A stretch of 64,000 bases of DNA from Chloroflexota bacterium (lineage in GTDB: Bacteria > Chloroflexota > Limnocylindria > P2-11E), in the NCBI GenBank assembly GCA_027310565.1, contig DAIDAP010000016.1, forward strand, positions 25,017 through 89,016, in the 5' to 3' direction. Position numbers and translations under genes: made by a program. Positions within the stretch are counted from its first letter, which is position 1. The number at the start of each line of letters is the position of its first letter. The notes under the pieces were generated by a model. The model was not told the origin of the DNA and searched no databases. It worked only from the letters and a program-made list of their open reading frames with translations. Shown here one piece after another: positions 29,189 through 38,577 of the stretch.

Positions 29189-30154
29189 GTGCCCCGACGC
29201 GTCCTCATCACGGGCATCACCGGGTTCGCGGGCAGCCACCTCGCCGAGCGCCTCGTCGTCTCCGGCGTGGAGACCCACGGGCTGGCCTTCGAGGAGCCGC
29301 CGTATCCGAACCTCGCCGCGGTCGCGGACGAGGTCCGCATCCACCGCGGCGACGTGACCTCGCTCGCGGACCTCGAGACGGCTCTCCGGGCGGCCCGGCC
29401 GGACGTCATCGTCCACCTCGCGGGCCAGGCCGTGCCCGCGCTGGCCGCGCGCGACCCGCTCGCGGCGGTGCGCGTGAACGTGCTGGGCACGGCCGCGGTG
29501 CTCGGTGCGCTCGAGGCCGTGGCGAGCGCCCGCCTCGTGCTCGCCTCCAGCGCCGACGTGTACGGCGCGCCCGACGCGTCGCCGGTCGACGAGCGCGCGC
29601 CCGTCCGTCCGGCGAACGTCTACGCCGCGACGAAGCTCGCCTCCGAGGCGCTCGCGCGCGAGGTCGGCGACCGCCGCGAGCGCGCGGTCGTCATCCTCCG
29701 GCCGACGAACCAGATCGGCCCGCGGCAGCACCCCGGGCTCGCCGCGTCGGCGTTCGCCAAGCAGATCGCGGAGGCCGAGGCCGGGACGAGGCCTCCGGTC
29801 GTCCGGCACGGCGACCTCCGCTCGGCGCGCGACTTCCTCGACGTGCGCGACATGGCCGACGCGTACGCGCGCGCGGCGGACATCGACGCGCCGGGCACCC
29901 ACCTCTTCAACGTCGGCACCGGACGAGCGGTGGCCATCGCGGACGTGCTCGGCATGCTCATGGAGCTCGCGCGCGTCGGGGTGCGCGAGGAGCTGGACCC
30001 GGAGCTGGTGCGCGGCACGGAGTCGGTCCTCGCGCTGGACGCGAGCCGCTTCCGCGCGCGCACCGGATGGGAGCCGCGCGTCGATCTGCGGACCTCGCTC
30101 GCGGACACGCTCGACTACTGGCGGTCGCGGGTGGGCCGGGAGGTGCGCGCGTGA
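29189..30154 (+). CDS. NAD-dependent epimerase/dehydratase (extended SDR; GDP-mannose 4,6-dehydratase/UDP-sugar epimerase-like)
   Basis: VLITGITGFAGSHLAERL Rossmann motif and YAATK catalytic motif. I take the GTG start; the longer ORF-track version would overlap the divergent receiver gene. Confidence 0.8.
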   Translation: MPRRVLITGITGFAGSHLAERLVVSGVETHGLAFEEPPYPNLAAVADEVRIHRGDVTSLADLETALRAARPDVIVHLAGQAVPALAARDPLAAVRVNVLGTAAVLGALEAVASARLVLASSADVYGAPDASPVDERAPVRPANVYAATKLASEALAREVGDRRERAVVILRPTNQIGPRQHPGLAASAFAKQIAEAEAGTRPPVVRHGDLRSARDFLDVRDMADAYARAADIDAPGTHLFNVGTGRAVAIADVLGMLMELARVGVREELDPELVRGTESVLALDASRFRARTGWEPRVDLRTSLADTLDYWRSRVGREVRA

Positions 30155-31596
30155 ACATCGCCTTCGGCACCGACGGCTGGCGCGCCGGCATCGCGGACGC
30201 CTACACCTTCGACGCGGTGCGCGTCTGCGCGCAGGCCGTCGCCGAGTGGGTGCGGCGGACCGGCGAGGCCGACCGCGGCGTCGTCGTCGGCTACGACCGG
30301 CGCTTCCGCAGCGAGCACTTCGCGCAGGCGGCGGCCGAGGTCCTCGCGGCCCACGGCATCCACGTGCTCCTCGCGAGCGCCGCCGCGCCGACCCAGGCGT
30401 TCTCCTACGCGACCCTGCGCCGGAACGCGAAGGCCGGGATCGTCATCACCGCGAGCCACAACCCCTGGACCGACAACGGCTTCAAGGTGAAGGAGGAGAC
30501 GGGCAGCGCCGCCTCGCCGGCCGTCATCGCGGAGCTCGAGGCGATCATCCGTCCGCTCGAGAGCCGTCCGCGGGACGTGCGCCGCATGTCCTACGACGAC
30601 GCGGTCGCGAAGGGGCTCGTCGAGATCTTCGATCCCGCGCCCGACTATCTCGCGCGCGTCGCCGAGCTGTTCGACCTCGAGGCGTTCCGCGCGGCCGGCT
30701 ACACCATCGTCTGCGAGCCGCTCTACGGCAGCGCGAGCGGCTACTTCCCGCGCCTGCTGGGCGGCGGGAGGACGAAGATCGTGGAGCTGCACGGCGAGCG
30801 CAACCCGTACTTCGGCGGCGTGAACCCGGAGCCGATCCCGCCGAACATCGACGAGTTCCTCGCGCGCATCCCGAAGGAGCGAGCCGACGTCGGCCTCGCC
30901 GTCGACGGTGACGCCGACCGCGCCGGGCTCGGCGACGAGCAGGGGCGGTTCGTCACGACGCTCACCGTCTACGCGCTCCTCATGTGGTACCTCATCGAGG
31001 TGCGCAAGCTGCGCCAGCCGGTGGTGAAGACGGTGAACATGACGTCGATGGTCGACCGGCTGGGGGAGAAGTACGGCGTCCCGGTGCACGAGGTCCCGGT
31101 CGGCTTCAAGTACATCGGCCCGAAGATGCGGGAGACCGGCGCGATGATGGGCGGCGAGGAGTCCGGCGGCTTCGGCTTCGCGATGCACCTGCCCGAGCGT
31201 GATGGCATCGTCGCCGACCTGTTCCTGCTCGACTTCTTCATGAAGACGAAGAAGAAGCCGTCGCAGCTCATCGCCGAGCTCATGGATCTCGCCGGCCCGT
31301 CCTTCTACCTGCGGCGCGACCTCCATCTCGACGCGGCGACCTACCAGGCCGAGAAGCCGAAGATCATGGAGCGGCTCGACGGGGCGCGGCCCGGCGAGCT
31401 CGCCGGGCACCGTGTGACGCGTATCGTTCCGCTCGAGACGAAGGACGGCGTGAAGTACTTCGTCGACGATGGATCCTGGCTCCTCGTGCGGCTCTCGGGG
31501 ACCGAGCCGCTGGTGCGCGTCTACACCGAGACGCGCAGCGCGAACGAGGTGAAGCCCATGCTCGACCTGGGCGAGAGGATGGTGCATGGTGGCTAG
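30151..31596 (+). CDS. Phosphomannomutase/phosphoglucomutase
   Basis: 482 aa. Active-site ITASHNP, metal loop DGDADR and sugar-binding GEESGG. GTG overlaps the upstream stop. Confidence 0.85.
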   Translation: MNIAFGTDGWRAGIADAYTFDAVRVCAQAVAEWVRRTGEADRGVVVGYDRRFRSEHFAQAAAEVLAAHGIHVLLASAAAPTQAFSYATLRRNAKAGIVITASHNPWTDNGFKVKEETGSAASPAVIAELEAIIRPLESRPRDVRRMSYDDAVAKGLVEIFDPAPDYLARVAELFDLEAFRAAGYTIVCEPLYGSASGYFPRLLGGGRTKIVELHGERNPYFGGVNPEPIPPNIDEFLARIPKERADVGLAVDGDADRAGLGDEQGRFVTTLTVYALLMWYLIEVRKLRQPVVKTVNMTSMVDRLGEKYGVPVHEVPVGFKYIGPKMRETGAMMGGEESGGFGFAMHLPERDGIVADLFLLDFFMKTKKKPSQLIAELMDLAGPSFYLRRDLHLDAATYQAEKPKIMERLDGARPGELAGHRVTRIVPLETKDGVKYFVDDGSWLLVRLSGTEPLVRVYTETRSANEVKPMLDLGERMVHGG

Positions 31597-32665
31597 CACG
31601 ACCGTGGACACGTCCGTCATCGAGACCGTCGAGAAGATCCGCGCCGCCGATCCGGGCGACATGCTCGGCCGGATCAAGGATCTCGCGAAGCAGGTCCGCG
31701 ACGCCTGGGGCATCGCCACGCAGGCGCGGCTGCCGCCGGCGTACGGCGACGTCCGCAGCATCGTCGTCGCCGGCATGGGCGGCTCGGCCATCGGCGGCGA
31801 CCTCGCGGCCGCGCTCCTCGCCGACGAGCTCAAGATCCCGATGAGCGTCCACCGCGACTACGGGCTGCCCGCCTACGTCGGCCGCGACACGCTCGTCATC
31901 GCGTCGTCGTACTCGGGCAACACCGAGGAGACGCTCTCGGCGTTCGAGCAGGCGCGCAAGCGCGGCGCGAAGGTGCTCGTCCTCACCACCGGCGGCACGC
32001 TGGCCGGCGAGGGGCGCGCGTCGAGCTACCCGGTGGTCACGTTCTCGTACCGGGCGCAGCCGCGCGCCGCGCTCGGGTACTCGCTCGGGCTCGTGCTCGG
32101 GTGCCTGGTGCGGCTCGGCTTCGTCCGCGACCTCTCGCGCGACGTCGACGCGGCGCTCGCGGACGTGGCGCGGCTCGAGGAGCGCGTGCACGAGGGCGCG
32201 CGGACGAACGACGCGAAGAAGCTCGCGCTCGAGCTGTACGGGCGGGTCATCGTCGCGTACGGAGCCGGTGTCTTCGGCGTGATGGCGCGTCGCGTGAAGG
32301 GGCAGTGGAACGAGAACGCGAAGAGCTGGTCCGCGTTCGACGTCATGAGCGAGCTCAACCACAACGCCGTGGTCGGTTTCCCGCACCCGTCCGTCGCGCG
32401 CGACGCGCTCACGGTGCTCCTGCTGCGCAGCGACCGCGACAACCCGCGTCACAAGATCCGATTCGACGTCACCGCGGAGCTGCTCGACCGCGCGGGCGTG
32501 CCGCACCGGACGCTCGGCTTCCCCGGCCAGAACATGCTGTCCGAGGTGCTCCAGCTCGTCCTGTTCACGGACTACGTGTCCTTCTACCTCGCGCTCCTCA
32601 ACGGCGCCGATCCGTCGGAGGTGCGCTCCATCGACTACCTCAAGGACCGACTCGCCAAGGCCTGA
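31586..32665 (+). CDS. Bifunctional phosphoglucose/phosphomannose isomerase (SIS-domain, archaeal-type PGI/PMI)
   Basis: 359 aa with two SIS-type segments ([25 protein letters not shown]). ATG overlaps the PMM stop. Confidence 0.75.
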   Translation: MVASTTVDTSVIETVEKIRAADPGDMLGRIKDLAKQVRDAWGIATQARLPPAYGDVRSIVVAGMGGSAIGGDLAAALLADELKIPMSVHRDYGLPAYVGRDTLVIASSYSGNTEETLSAFEQARKRGAKVLVLTTGGTLAGEGRASSYPVVTFSYRAQPRAALGYSLGLVLGCLVRLGFVRDLSRDVDAALADVARLEERVHEGARTNDAKKLALELYGRVIVAYGAGVFGVMARRVKGQWNENAKSWSAFDVMSELNHNAVVGFPHPSVARDALTVLLLRSDRDNPRHKIRFDVTAELLDRAGVPHRTLGFPGQNMLSEVLQLVLFTDYVSFYLALLNGADPSEVRSIDYLKDRLAKA

Positions 32666-32667
32666 GC

Positions 32668-33189
32668 GTGGAGCACCGCGCGCCCGCGTTCGCGTTCTGC
32701 CCGCGTGACGGGGCCCGGCTGGTGCCGACGCGCATCGACGGGCGCGACCGCCCGACCTGTCCGGTCTGCGGCCTCGCCGATTTCCTGCACGTGCAGATCG
32801 GCGCGAACGCGATCGTCGAGCGCGAGGACGGCGTGCTGCTCGTCCGGCTCAACTACGGCCCGCGCGACGGGCGCTGGGCCCTGCCGGGCGGCCTCGTCGA
32901 GGCGGACGAGACGCCGGAGCAGGCCGCGGTGCGCGAGACCGAGGAGGAGACGGGCTTTCGCGTCGGGCTCGACGGCCTCCTCGCGACGTGGATGCGGCCG
33001 GGCATGCCGCTCATCGTCGTCATCTACCGTGCGCACGTCGAGAGCGGCACGCTGCGTGTCGCGCCGGACGAGGCCTCCGAGGCGCGCTTCTTCCCGCGCG
33101 CCGCGCTCCCGCCGCTCGAGGACCTCGCGTGGCCGTCGACCGCGCACGGCCTCGACGCCTGGCGCGTGTACGAGCCGCCGCGGCCCTGA
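32668..33189 (+). CDS. NUDIX hydrolase with N-terminal Cys-rich segment
   Basis: Nudix box [26 protein letters not shown] start 3 nt after the PMI stop. Confidence 0.75.
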   Translation: MEHRAPAFAFCPRDGARLVPTRIDGRDRPTCPVCGLADFLHVQIGANAIVEREDGVLLVRLNYGPRDGRWALPGGLVEADETPEQAAVRETEEETGFRVGLDGLLATWMRPGMPLIVVIYRAHVESGTLRVAPDEASEARFFPRAALPPLEDLAWPSTAHGLDAWRVYEPPRP

Positions 33190-33192
33190 CCG

Positions 33193-33465
33193 TATCTGGT
33201 CATCGTCCCCGGCAACGAGCAGAGCGAGGCCGGCGAGCTGCCGAGCGCCGAGATCCTCGCCGACATGCAGAAGTACAACGAGCAGCTGGTGAAGGCCGGC
33301 GTCATGCTCGCGGGCGAGGGCCTGAGGCCCACGTCGGCGGGCGCGAAGGTCCGCTTCGACGGCGCCACCCGCACCGTCACCGACGGCCCGTTCGCCGAGA
33401 CGAAGGAACGCCGCGCCGCTACCGCCTGCTGCCGGCCACGCGCGGCGACGGCCGGCGCGTAACTC
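33193..33465 (+). pseudogene. YciI-like (YCII-related domain) gene remnant, start lost and frameshifted/truncated
   Basis: The frame reads YLVIVPGNEQSEAGELPSAEILADMQKYNEQLVKAGVMLAGEGLRPTSAGAKVRFDGATRTVTDGPFAETKE, which matches the N-terminal two thirds of YciI-like proteins. There is no ATG (CCG-TAT-CTG at the expected start). After ETKE the frame runs into RRAATACC...stop, whereas the +2 frame gives RRYRLLPATRGDG... Confidence 0.45.
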
Positions 33466-33499
33466 CCATGCGAGCGCGAGGGCCGTGAAGAGGAGACGC

Positions 33500-33733
33500 T
33501 CACCCGGCGCCGCGCGGGCGGATCTTCCCGACGATCTCCGTGCGCACGGGGACGCCGTTCACCGCGCGCGGGATCGCTGCCCGCGTCTCCCGCTCCAGGT
33601 TGACCTTCAGGCAGTACGCGCCCGCGACACGCGTGATCCCGACGCCGTTCACCTCGGGCACGCGCCGCAGCCGCGCCGCGAGCGTCTTCTTCGCCGCGCG
33701 CACGTCCTCGAGTGAGCGCCCGTCCGTCCGCAC
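33500..33733 (-). CDS. Hypothetical small protein (77 aa) downstream of the S1 peptidase gene
   Basis: GTG start preceded by a GGGGAG Shine-Dalgarno sequence. Internally repeated VNGV(G/P)(I/V) pattern. No family recognised. Confidence 0.45.
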   Translation of the reverse strand: MRTDGRSLEDVRAAKKTLAARLRRVPEVNGVGITRVAGAYCLKVNLERETRAAIPRAVNGVPVRTEIVGKIRPRGAG

Positions 33734-33764
33734 CAGCGTCTCCCCGGCCCAAGAGTAGGCCGCG

Positions 33765-34784
33765 CTACACGAGGAGCTCCGCCCGCAGGCGCCGGAGGAC
33801 GGTCGCGATCGGGTTCGCGTAGGTGAGCCCGGCGCCGTTGCTGCCGCCGGTGTCGCCGCCGGCGAAAAGCAGCGCGACGGCCTCGTGGCCGCTCGCGGTG
33901 AAGATGACCGAGCCGCTGTCGCCGCCGTCGCTGAAGGGGCCGCTGCCGGCCCCTTCGATCTCGATCTGGTCGTCGAACCGCAGGTTGCCGGCGTCGTAGC
34001 CGACCACGACGTTGTCGAGCTCGAACGCCGTGACGCGCCCGCGGGTGTACCCGGTCGTCCGGCCGAGCTTGGCCACGATCTCGTCGACGTCGACCGGATC
34101 CGCGAGGACGCCCTTGAGCTTGCCCTGCCCGCGGAGCGTGCCCGGGGTGAAGCGCACGCCGTCGTCGATCGTGGCGAGGGCGGCGTCCACGTAGTTCACC
34201 CTCGACTTCGAGAGGCGCACCAGCTCGGCGAGGCCGCCGACGCGATCCTGCGGTGCCCGACCGCCGTCGTACGCACCGGGCTGGAGCACCGGATCGTCGC
34301 GGCGCCCGCGGTTCTCGTTCGCCAGCACGTGGTTGTTCGAGAGGATCCGCGGCTCCTCGGTGTCGCGCCGGCGCACGAACGCCCCGAGCGTCCCCGCGGT
34401 GATCGCGTAGTGGCCGATCGAGAGCCCGATGCGCAGCGGCCGCTGCCGCGTCTGCGCCGGCGGCCGCGCGAGCTTCAGCTTGCCGACGTACCCGACGTAG
34501 CGGACGTCGACCTCGGACCTCGCTCGGCGCCGCACGGTCTCGATGTACCCCGTCGCCAGCACGCTGCGCCGCTGGATGCGCACGGCGAGCCGATAGTCGC
34601 GCCTCCCGCGGCGAGCCACGCCGAGGGCGATGGTGCGCGGCAGCGGGTCCGCGGTCTTCGCCTGCTGGGCGCGGCGTGCCGCACCCGTCGACATGATCAG
34701 GTGCGCGAACGCGGGGAGCGGAACGCCGCGCGCCGCGGGTCCGAGCAGCTCCGCCTTGAGGCCGCGGACGGAGTCAAGATGCAT
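33765..34784 (-). CDS. Trypsin-like (S1B-type) serine peptidase with an N-terminal domain of unknown function, no signal peptide
   Basis: Catalytic triad context SNNHVLA (His), YVDAALATID (Asp), GGDSGSVIF (Ser). 339 aa. Confidence 0.6.
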   Translation of the reverse strand: MHLDSVRGLKAELLGPAARGVPLPAFAHLIMSTGAARRAQQAKTADPLPRTIALGVARRGRRDYRLAVRIQRRSVLATGYIETVRRRARSEVDVRYVGYVGKLKLARPPAQTRQRPLRIGLSIGHYAITAGTLGAFVRRRDTEEPRILSNNHVLANENRGRRDDPVLQPGAYDGGRAPQDRVGGLAELVRLSKSRVNYVDAALATIDDGVRFTPGTLRGQGKLKGVLADPVDVDEIVAKLGRTTGYTRGRVTAFELDNVVVGYDAGNLRFDDQIEIEGAGSGPFSDGGDSGSVIFTASGHEAVALLFAGGDTGGSNGAGLTYANPIATVLRRLRAELLV

Positions 34785-34808
34785 CGCTCGCCCTCCCCGC
34801 GCCGCAGG

Positions 34809-36059
34809 CTAGGCCTTCACGGGCTCCCGCCGCGCGGCGGCGAACACCGGGAGCGCGCGGTCGAACATCTCGTCGCTCCCGGTGAGCGAGATGCGGAAGG
34901 TGTCCGGCATCTCGTACGTGTGGCCGGGGAGCACCAGGACGCCCTTCGCGGCGAGGTGCTCGACGAAGGCCTTCGCGTCGCGCCACGGCGACGGCACGAG
35001 GAGGTAGAACGTGCCCTCCGGCGTGTGCAGGTCGTAGCCCGCGTCCCGAAGGGCCTTCACGACGCGGTCACGGCGGCGCTCGAGCCGCGGGATGTCGATC
35101 GAGAGCTCCTCCAGCTCGGCCGCCGCGTACTGGAGGACCGCGTTCGGCCACGTCCAGCCGAGGAGGATCTCGGTCATGACGATCGCGCTCCGCAGCGCCG
35201 CGCGGTCCTCGCGCGGCATCGTCGGCGGGAGCGCGAGGTAGCCGATGCGCTCGCCGGGCGTGAGGAGCTGCTTGCCGTACGTGTAGACGAGCAGCGAGTG
35301 CGGGTACGACTCGGTCGGGCTCTCGTAGCGGCGCCCGTCGAAGAGGATGCGGCTGTACGACTCGTCCGAGATGAGGTAGATCGGCCGCCCGCCGCGCCGC
35401 GACGCCGCCTCGAGCACCGCGGCGAGCCGGTCGAGCGTCTCGCGCGGGTAGAGCCGACCCGTCGGGTTGTTCGGCGAGTTCACGATGATCGCGCGCGTCT
35501 TCGCGGTGAGCGCGCGGTCGACGGCGTCGACGTCGACGTCCCACGACGGGCGCGCGACCGGCACGCGCACGGGCACGGCGCCGAGCTGCCGGATCATGCC
35601 GCGGTAGAAGAACCACGGCGGGCTCAGGTAGACGACCTCGTCGCCCCCGTCGCAGATCGCGCGCAGCGCGACCGCGAGGGCCGCGAAGGCGCCGGTCGTC
35701 ATGAAGACGTCGTCGGCGTCGTAGCGGACGCCGCGGCGCCGGGCGAGCGAGTCCACGACGGCGCGCACGGCGTCGGGCACGTTCTGCTTGTAGGCGAACC
35801 AGTCCTTGTTCTTGGGCGCGGTCCACTTCGCGATCGCGTCGACGAATCCCGGCAGCGGCATCTCCTGCGGGTTCCCGGCGACCAGGTCGGCGAGCGCCGA
35901 CGCGGCGCGGCGCTCGTACGATTCGAAGAACTCCAGGAACGGCAGGTGCTCGCGCACGATCTGGTCGGCGAGGTGGGAGATCGGGGCCCTTTCCACGGTC
36001 TGGAGAGCATACGGCCATCCGGCCGCCGGTCGACCCGGCTGGGCGGGGCCTTCGCCCAC
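34809..36059 (-). CDS. Pyridoxal-phosphate-dependent aminotransferase, class I/II
   Basis: 416 aa with NSPNNPTG and YTYGKQLL (PLP Lys region). N-terminal start uncertain. Confidence 0.8.
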   Translation of the reverse strand: MGEGPAQPGRPAAGWPYALQTVERAPISHLADQIVREHLPFLEFFESYERRAASALADLVAGNPQEMPLPGFVDAIAKWTAPKNKDWFAYKQNVPDAVRAVVDSLARRRGVRYDADDVFMTTGAFAALAVALRAICDGGDEVVYLSPPWFFYRGMIRQLGAVPVRVPVARPSWDVDVDAVDRALTAKTRAIIVNSPNNPTGRLYPRETLDRLAAVLEAASRRGGRPIYLISDESYSRILFDGRRYESPTESYPHSLLVYTYGKQLLTPGERIGYLALPPTMPREDRAALRSAIVMTEILLGWTWPNAVLQYAAAELEELSIDIPRLERRRDRVVKALRDAGYDLHTPEGTFYLLVPSPWRDAKAFVEHLAAKGVLVLPGHTYEMPDTFRISLTGSDEMFDRALPVFAAARREPVKA

Positions 36060-36139
36060 AGGCCGAAGCCCGCCCGGGTCGTAGAATCCGAGACGTCCGG
36101 TGCCAGCCGGGACACTTATGGAGTGGCGGAGGTCGGTGG

Positions 36140-36403
36140 ATGTACTCGAGCCTCATCTCCAAGATCGAGAAAGCGAAGCGGTACGCCGAAGAGCCCGAGC
36201 GGATCAGCTTCCAGGACGTGAGCCTGCGATTCCGCGGCGACAACGGCACGTACAGCGTCTCGCTCCATGGCGATGATTGGTCCTGCGAGTGCGACCACTT
36301 CCGGCATTCCGGGCTCTGCGCCCACGTGATGACGCTGCAGCGTCTCTTCGAGACGCACCTCACCGAGGCGGCGCGCACCACGACGGAGCACGTGCCCGCC
36401 TAG
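36140..36403 (+). CDS. SWIM zinc-finger domain mini-protein (87 aa)
   Basis: A GGAGG-like Shine-Dalgarno sequence precedes the ATG. CxCx(n)CxH pattern in SCECDHFRHSGLCAH. Confidence 0.5.
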   Translation: MYSSLISKIEKAKRYAEEPERISFQDVSLRFRGDNGTYSVSLHGDDWSCECDHFRHSGLCAHVMTLQRLFETHLTEAARTTTEHVPA

Positions 36404-36465
36404 TGTCGCGCGCCGGAAATACCTTGACCGATGCAGCGGCAAGGTAGTTCCGGCGCGCGACACTA
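36401..36465. repeat. Perfect 18-bp-arm inverted repeat with nested hairpin (terminator/regulatory stem-loop)
   Basis: TAGTGTCGCGCGCCGGAA [ATACCTTGACCGATGCAGCGGCAAGGTAG] TTCCGGCGCGCGACACTA. The left arm begins with the TAG stop of the SWIM gene. The inner ACCTTG...CAAGGT pairs too. Confidence 0.5.
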
Positions 36466-36469
36466 GCGG

Positions 36470-36602
36470 CGGCGGACGGACAACTGAATACGCGGTAGCC
36501 CAGCGAAGCCGGTGAGATTCCGGCAGGGTCGCGCCACCGTGAAGGGCCTCGTGCCCGCACTCGGGTCGCCTGGACCGCCGCTCGCGGCCGACACACCTTC
36601 GC
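36470..36602 (+). ncRNA. Cobalamin (B12) riboswitch candidate
   Basis: GGTAGCCCAGCGAAGCCGGTGAGATTCCGGCAGGGTCGCGCCACCGTGAAGGGCC has the GAAnCCGGUGAgAUUCCGG core, a GCCACnG B12-box-like element and GAAGGG. It lies directly upstream of a BtuF-like binding-protein gene. Confidence 0.55.
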
Positions 36603-36620
36603 GTGAAAGGGGTGCGCCAG

Positions 36621-37574
36621 ATGCGCCGGCGACCACTCGCGTTCCTCGCGGCCCTCCTCTTCCTCCTCCCCTCCTGCGGACCCGCCGCCCTCGCCCCGAC
36701 CGTCATGCCGACCCCGACGGCCACCGCGAGCCCCATCGCGACCGCCGCCGCGCCGTTCCCGACGACGGTGACCGACTTCCAGGGCAGGGCCGTCGCGATC
36801 GCCGCTGGGCCGAAGCGGATCATCTCCATCGGTCCGTCGAACACCGAATTCCTGTTCGCGCTCGGAGCAGGCGACCGCGTCGTCGGGCGTGACGACTTCT
36901 CGGACACGCCGGCCGCCGCGCAGCAGGTCGAGAAGGTCGGCGGCGTGAAGGTGAGCATCGAGAAGATCGTCTCGCTCCGGCCGGACCTCGTGGTCTCGGT
37001 GAAGCTCTCGGACGGCACGATCGAGAAGATCGCGGGCGCGGGCATCCCCGTGCTCGTCGTCGATCCGCAGGGCCTCGGCGACGTCGCGCGCACGGCGATC
37101 CTCCTCGGGCAGGCGATCGGCGCCGACGGCGGCGCGCTCGCGTCGTCGATCGACGCCAGGCTCGCCGCGCTGAAACAGAAGGTCGCGGCGGCGACGACCA
37201 GGCCGCGCGTCTTCCACGAGGTGGACGCGAGCGACCCCTCGAAGCCGTTCACCGTCGGACCCGGGTCGTACATCGACGACCTCATCGGCCTCGCGGGCGG
37301 GAGGAACATCGCGGCGAACGCCGGCTCCGCGTATCCGCAGATCTCGTTCGAGGAGGTCGTGCGCGCCGACCCGGAGGTGATCGTCCTCGGCGACGCCGAC
37401 TACGGCACGACCGCGGAGCAGGTCGCGGCTCGCGCCGGCTGGTCGGCGATCAGCGCGGTGAAGGACAGGAAGATCTTCCCGATCCCCGACAGCCTCGTCT
37501 CGCGGCCCGGCCCGCGGGTCGCCGACGCGGCGGAGGCCTACGCGCGCATCCTCCACCCGGAGCTGTTCCGCTGA
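36621..37574 (+). CDS. Cobalamin/siderophore-type ABC transporter periplasmic binding lipoprotein (BtuF/TroA-like)
   Basis: Lipoprotein signal LLFLLPSCG. Peripla_BP_2 fold (KRIISIGPSNTEFLFALGAGDRVVG). Confidence 0.8.
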   Translation: MRRRPLAFLAALLFLLPSCGPAALAPTVMPTPTATASPIATAAAPFPTTVTDFQGRAVAIAAGPKRIISIGPSNTEFLFALGAGDRVVGRDDFSDTPAAAQQVEKVGGVKVSIEKIVSLRPDLVVSVKLSDGTIEKIAGAGIPVLVVDPQGLGDVARTAILLGQAIGADGGALASSIDARLAALKQKVAAATTRPRVFHEVDASDPSKPFTVGPGSYIDDLIGLAGGRNIAANAGSAYPQISFEEVVRADPEVIVLGDADYGTTAEQVAARAGWSAISAVKDRKIFPIPDSLVSRPGPRVADAAEAYARILHPELFR

Positions 37575-37588
37575 GCCGCACCACGCTC

Positions 37589-38569
37589 GTGCTCGCGCTC
37601 CTCGCCGCGGCGCTCGCCGTGAGCGCCGCGGCGGGGGTCCTCCTCGGCGCGGTCGCGATCCCGCTCGCCGGGTTCGGCGACGCGCTCCTCGGCCGCGGCG
37701 ACCCGGCCGCGGCGACGATCGTCCGCGACCTGCGCCTGCCGCGCGTGGTCGCGGCCGCCCTCGTGGGCGGTGCGCTCGGCGTCGCCGGCGCGCTGCTCCA
37801 GGGTCTGCTGCGCAACCCGCTCGCCGATCCGTACGTCACCGGCGCGTCCGCGGGCGGCGCCCTCGGCGCGGTCGCGGCGCTCGCGCTCGCCGCGTCGGCG
37901 CCGGGCGCCGTCGTCCCGCTCGCCGCGTTCTCCGGTGCGCTCGTCGCCGTCGCGCTGGTGTGGCGGCTCGCGCGCCTGGGCGGGCGCACCACGGTCCTCA
38001 CGGTGCTGCTCGCCGGCGTCGTGCTCACGTCGTTCGCGGGTGCGATCGTCACGCTGCTGCTCGTCGCGAGCGACCGCCTGTCGCTGCGTCTGCGCGCCCT
38101 CGTCGACGTGCTCGTCGGCGGCGTGTCGCCGCGCGACACCGCGACGCTCGCCGCAGCGGCGATCGTCGTCGCCGCCGGCGTGGTCGCCGCGCTCGCGCTC
38201 GCGCCGCGCGTGGACGCCTACGCCTTCGGGGAGGAGACCGCGGCGACGCTCGGTATCGACACCGAGCGGACCACCACCGCGGTGCTCGTCGCGACCGCGC
38301 TCCTCGCCGGCGCCGCCGTCGCGCTCGCGGGCCTGGTGTCGTTCGTGGGGCTCGTCGTCCCGCACGCGATGCGCGGTCTGGTCGGCGCGCGGCACCGGCC
38401 GCTGCTCGCCGCGTCGTTCCTCGCCGGCGCCGCGGCGCTCGTGCTGGCCGACCTCGGAGCGCGCACGCTGCTCGCGCCGGCGGAGCTGCCGGTGGGCGTG
38501 ATCACCGGAGCCGTCGGCGGGCCGTTCTTCCTCGTGCTCCTGGTGCGCGCGCGCTGGAGCCTGGCCTGA
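37589..38569 (+). CDS. FecCD-family ABC permease (BtuC-like)
   Basis: 326 aa with about 9 TM helices, and the FecCD signature LGIDTERTTTAVLVATALLAGAAVALAGLVSFVGLVVPH. Confidence 0.85.
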   Translation: MLALLAAALAVSAAAGVLLGAVAIPLAGFGDALLGRGDPAAATIVRDLRLPRVVAAALVGGALGVAGALLQGLLRNPLADPYVTGASAGGALGAVAALALAASAPGAVVPLAAFSGALVAVALVWRLARLGGRTTVLTVLLAGVVLTSFAGAIVTLLLVASDRLSLRLRALVDVLVGGVSPRDTATLAAAAIVVAAGVVAALALAPRVDAYAFGEETAATLGIDTERTTTAVLVATALLAGAAVALAGLVSFVGLVVPHAMRGLVGARHRPLLAASFLAGAAALVLADLGARTLLAPAELPVGVITGAVGGPFFLVLLVRARWSLA

Positions 38570-38577
38570 CCGCGCTC

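Noticed and set aside
33485-33715. 76-aa plus-strand ORF antisense to the small protein gene at 33500..33733
   Set aside because: No Shine-Dalgarno sequence and R-rich. The opposite-strand ORF has a strong Shine-Dalgarno sequence and is adjacent to the S1 peptidase gene.
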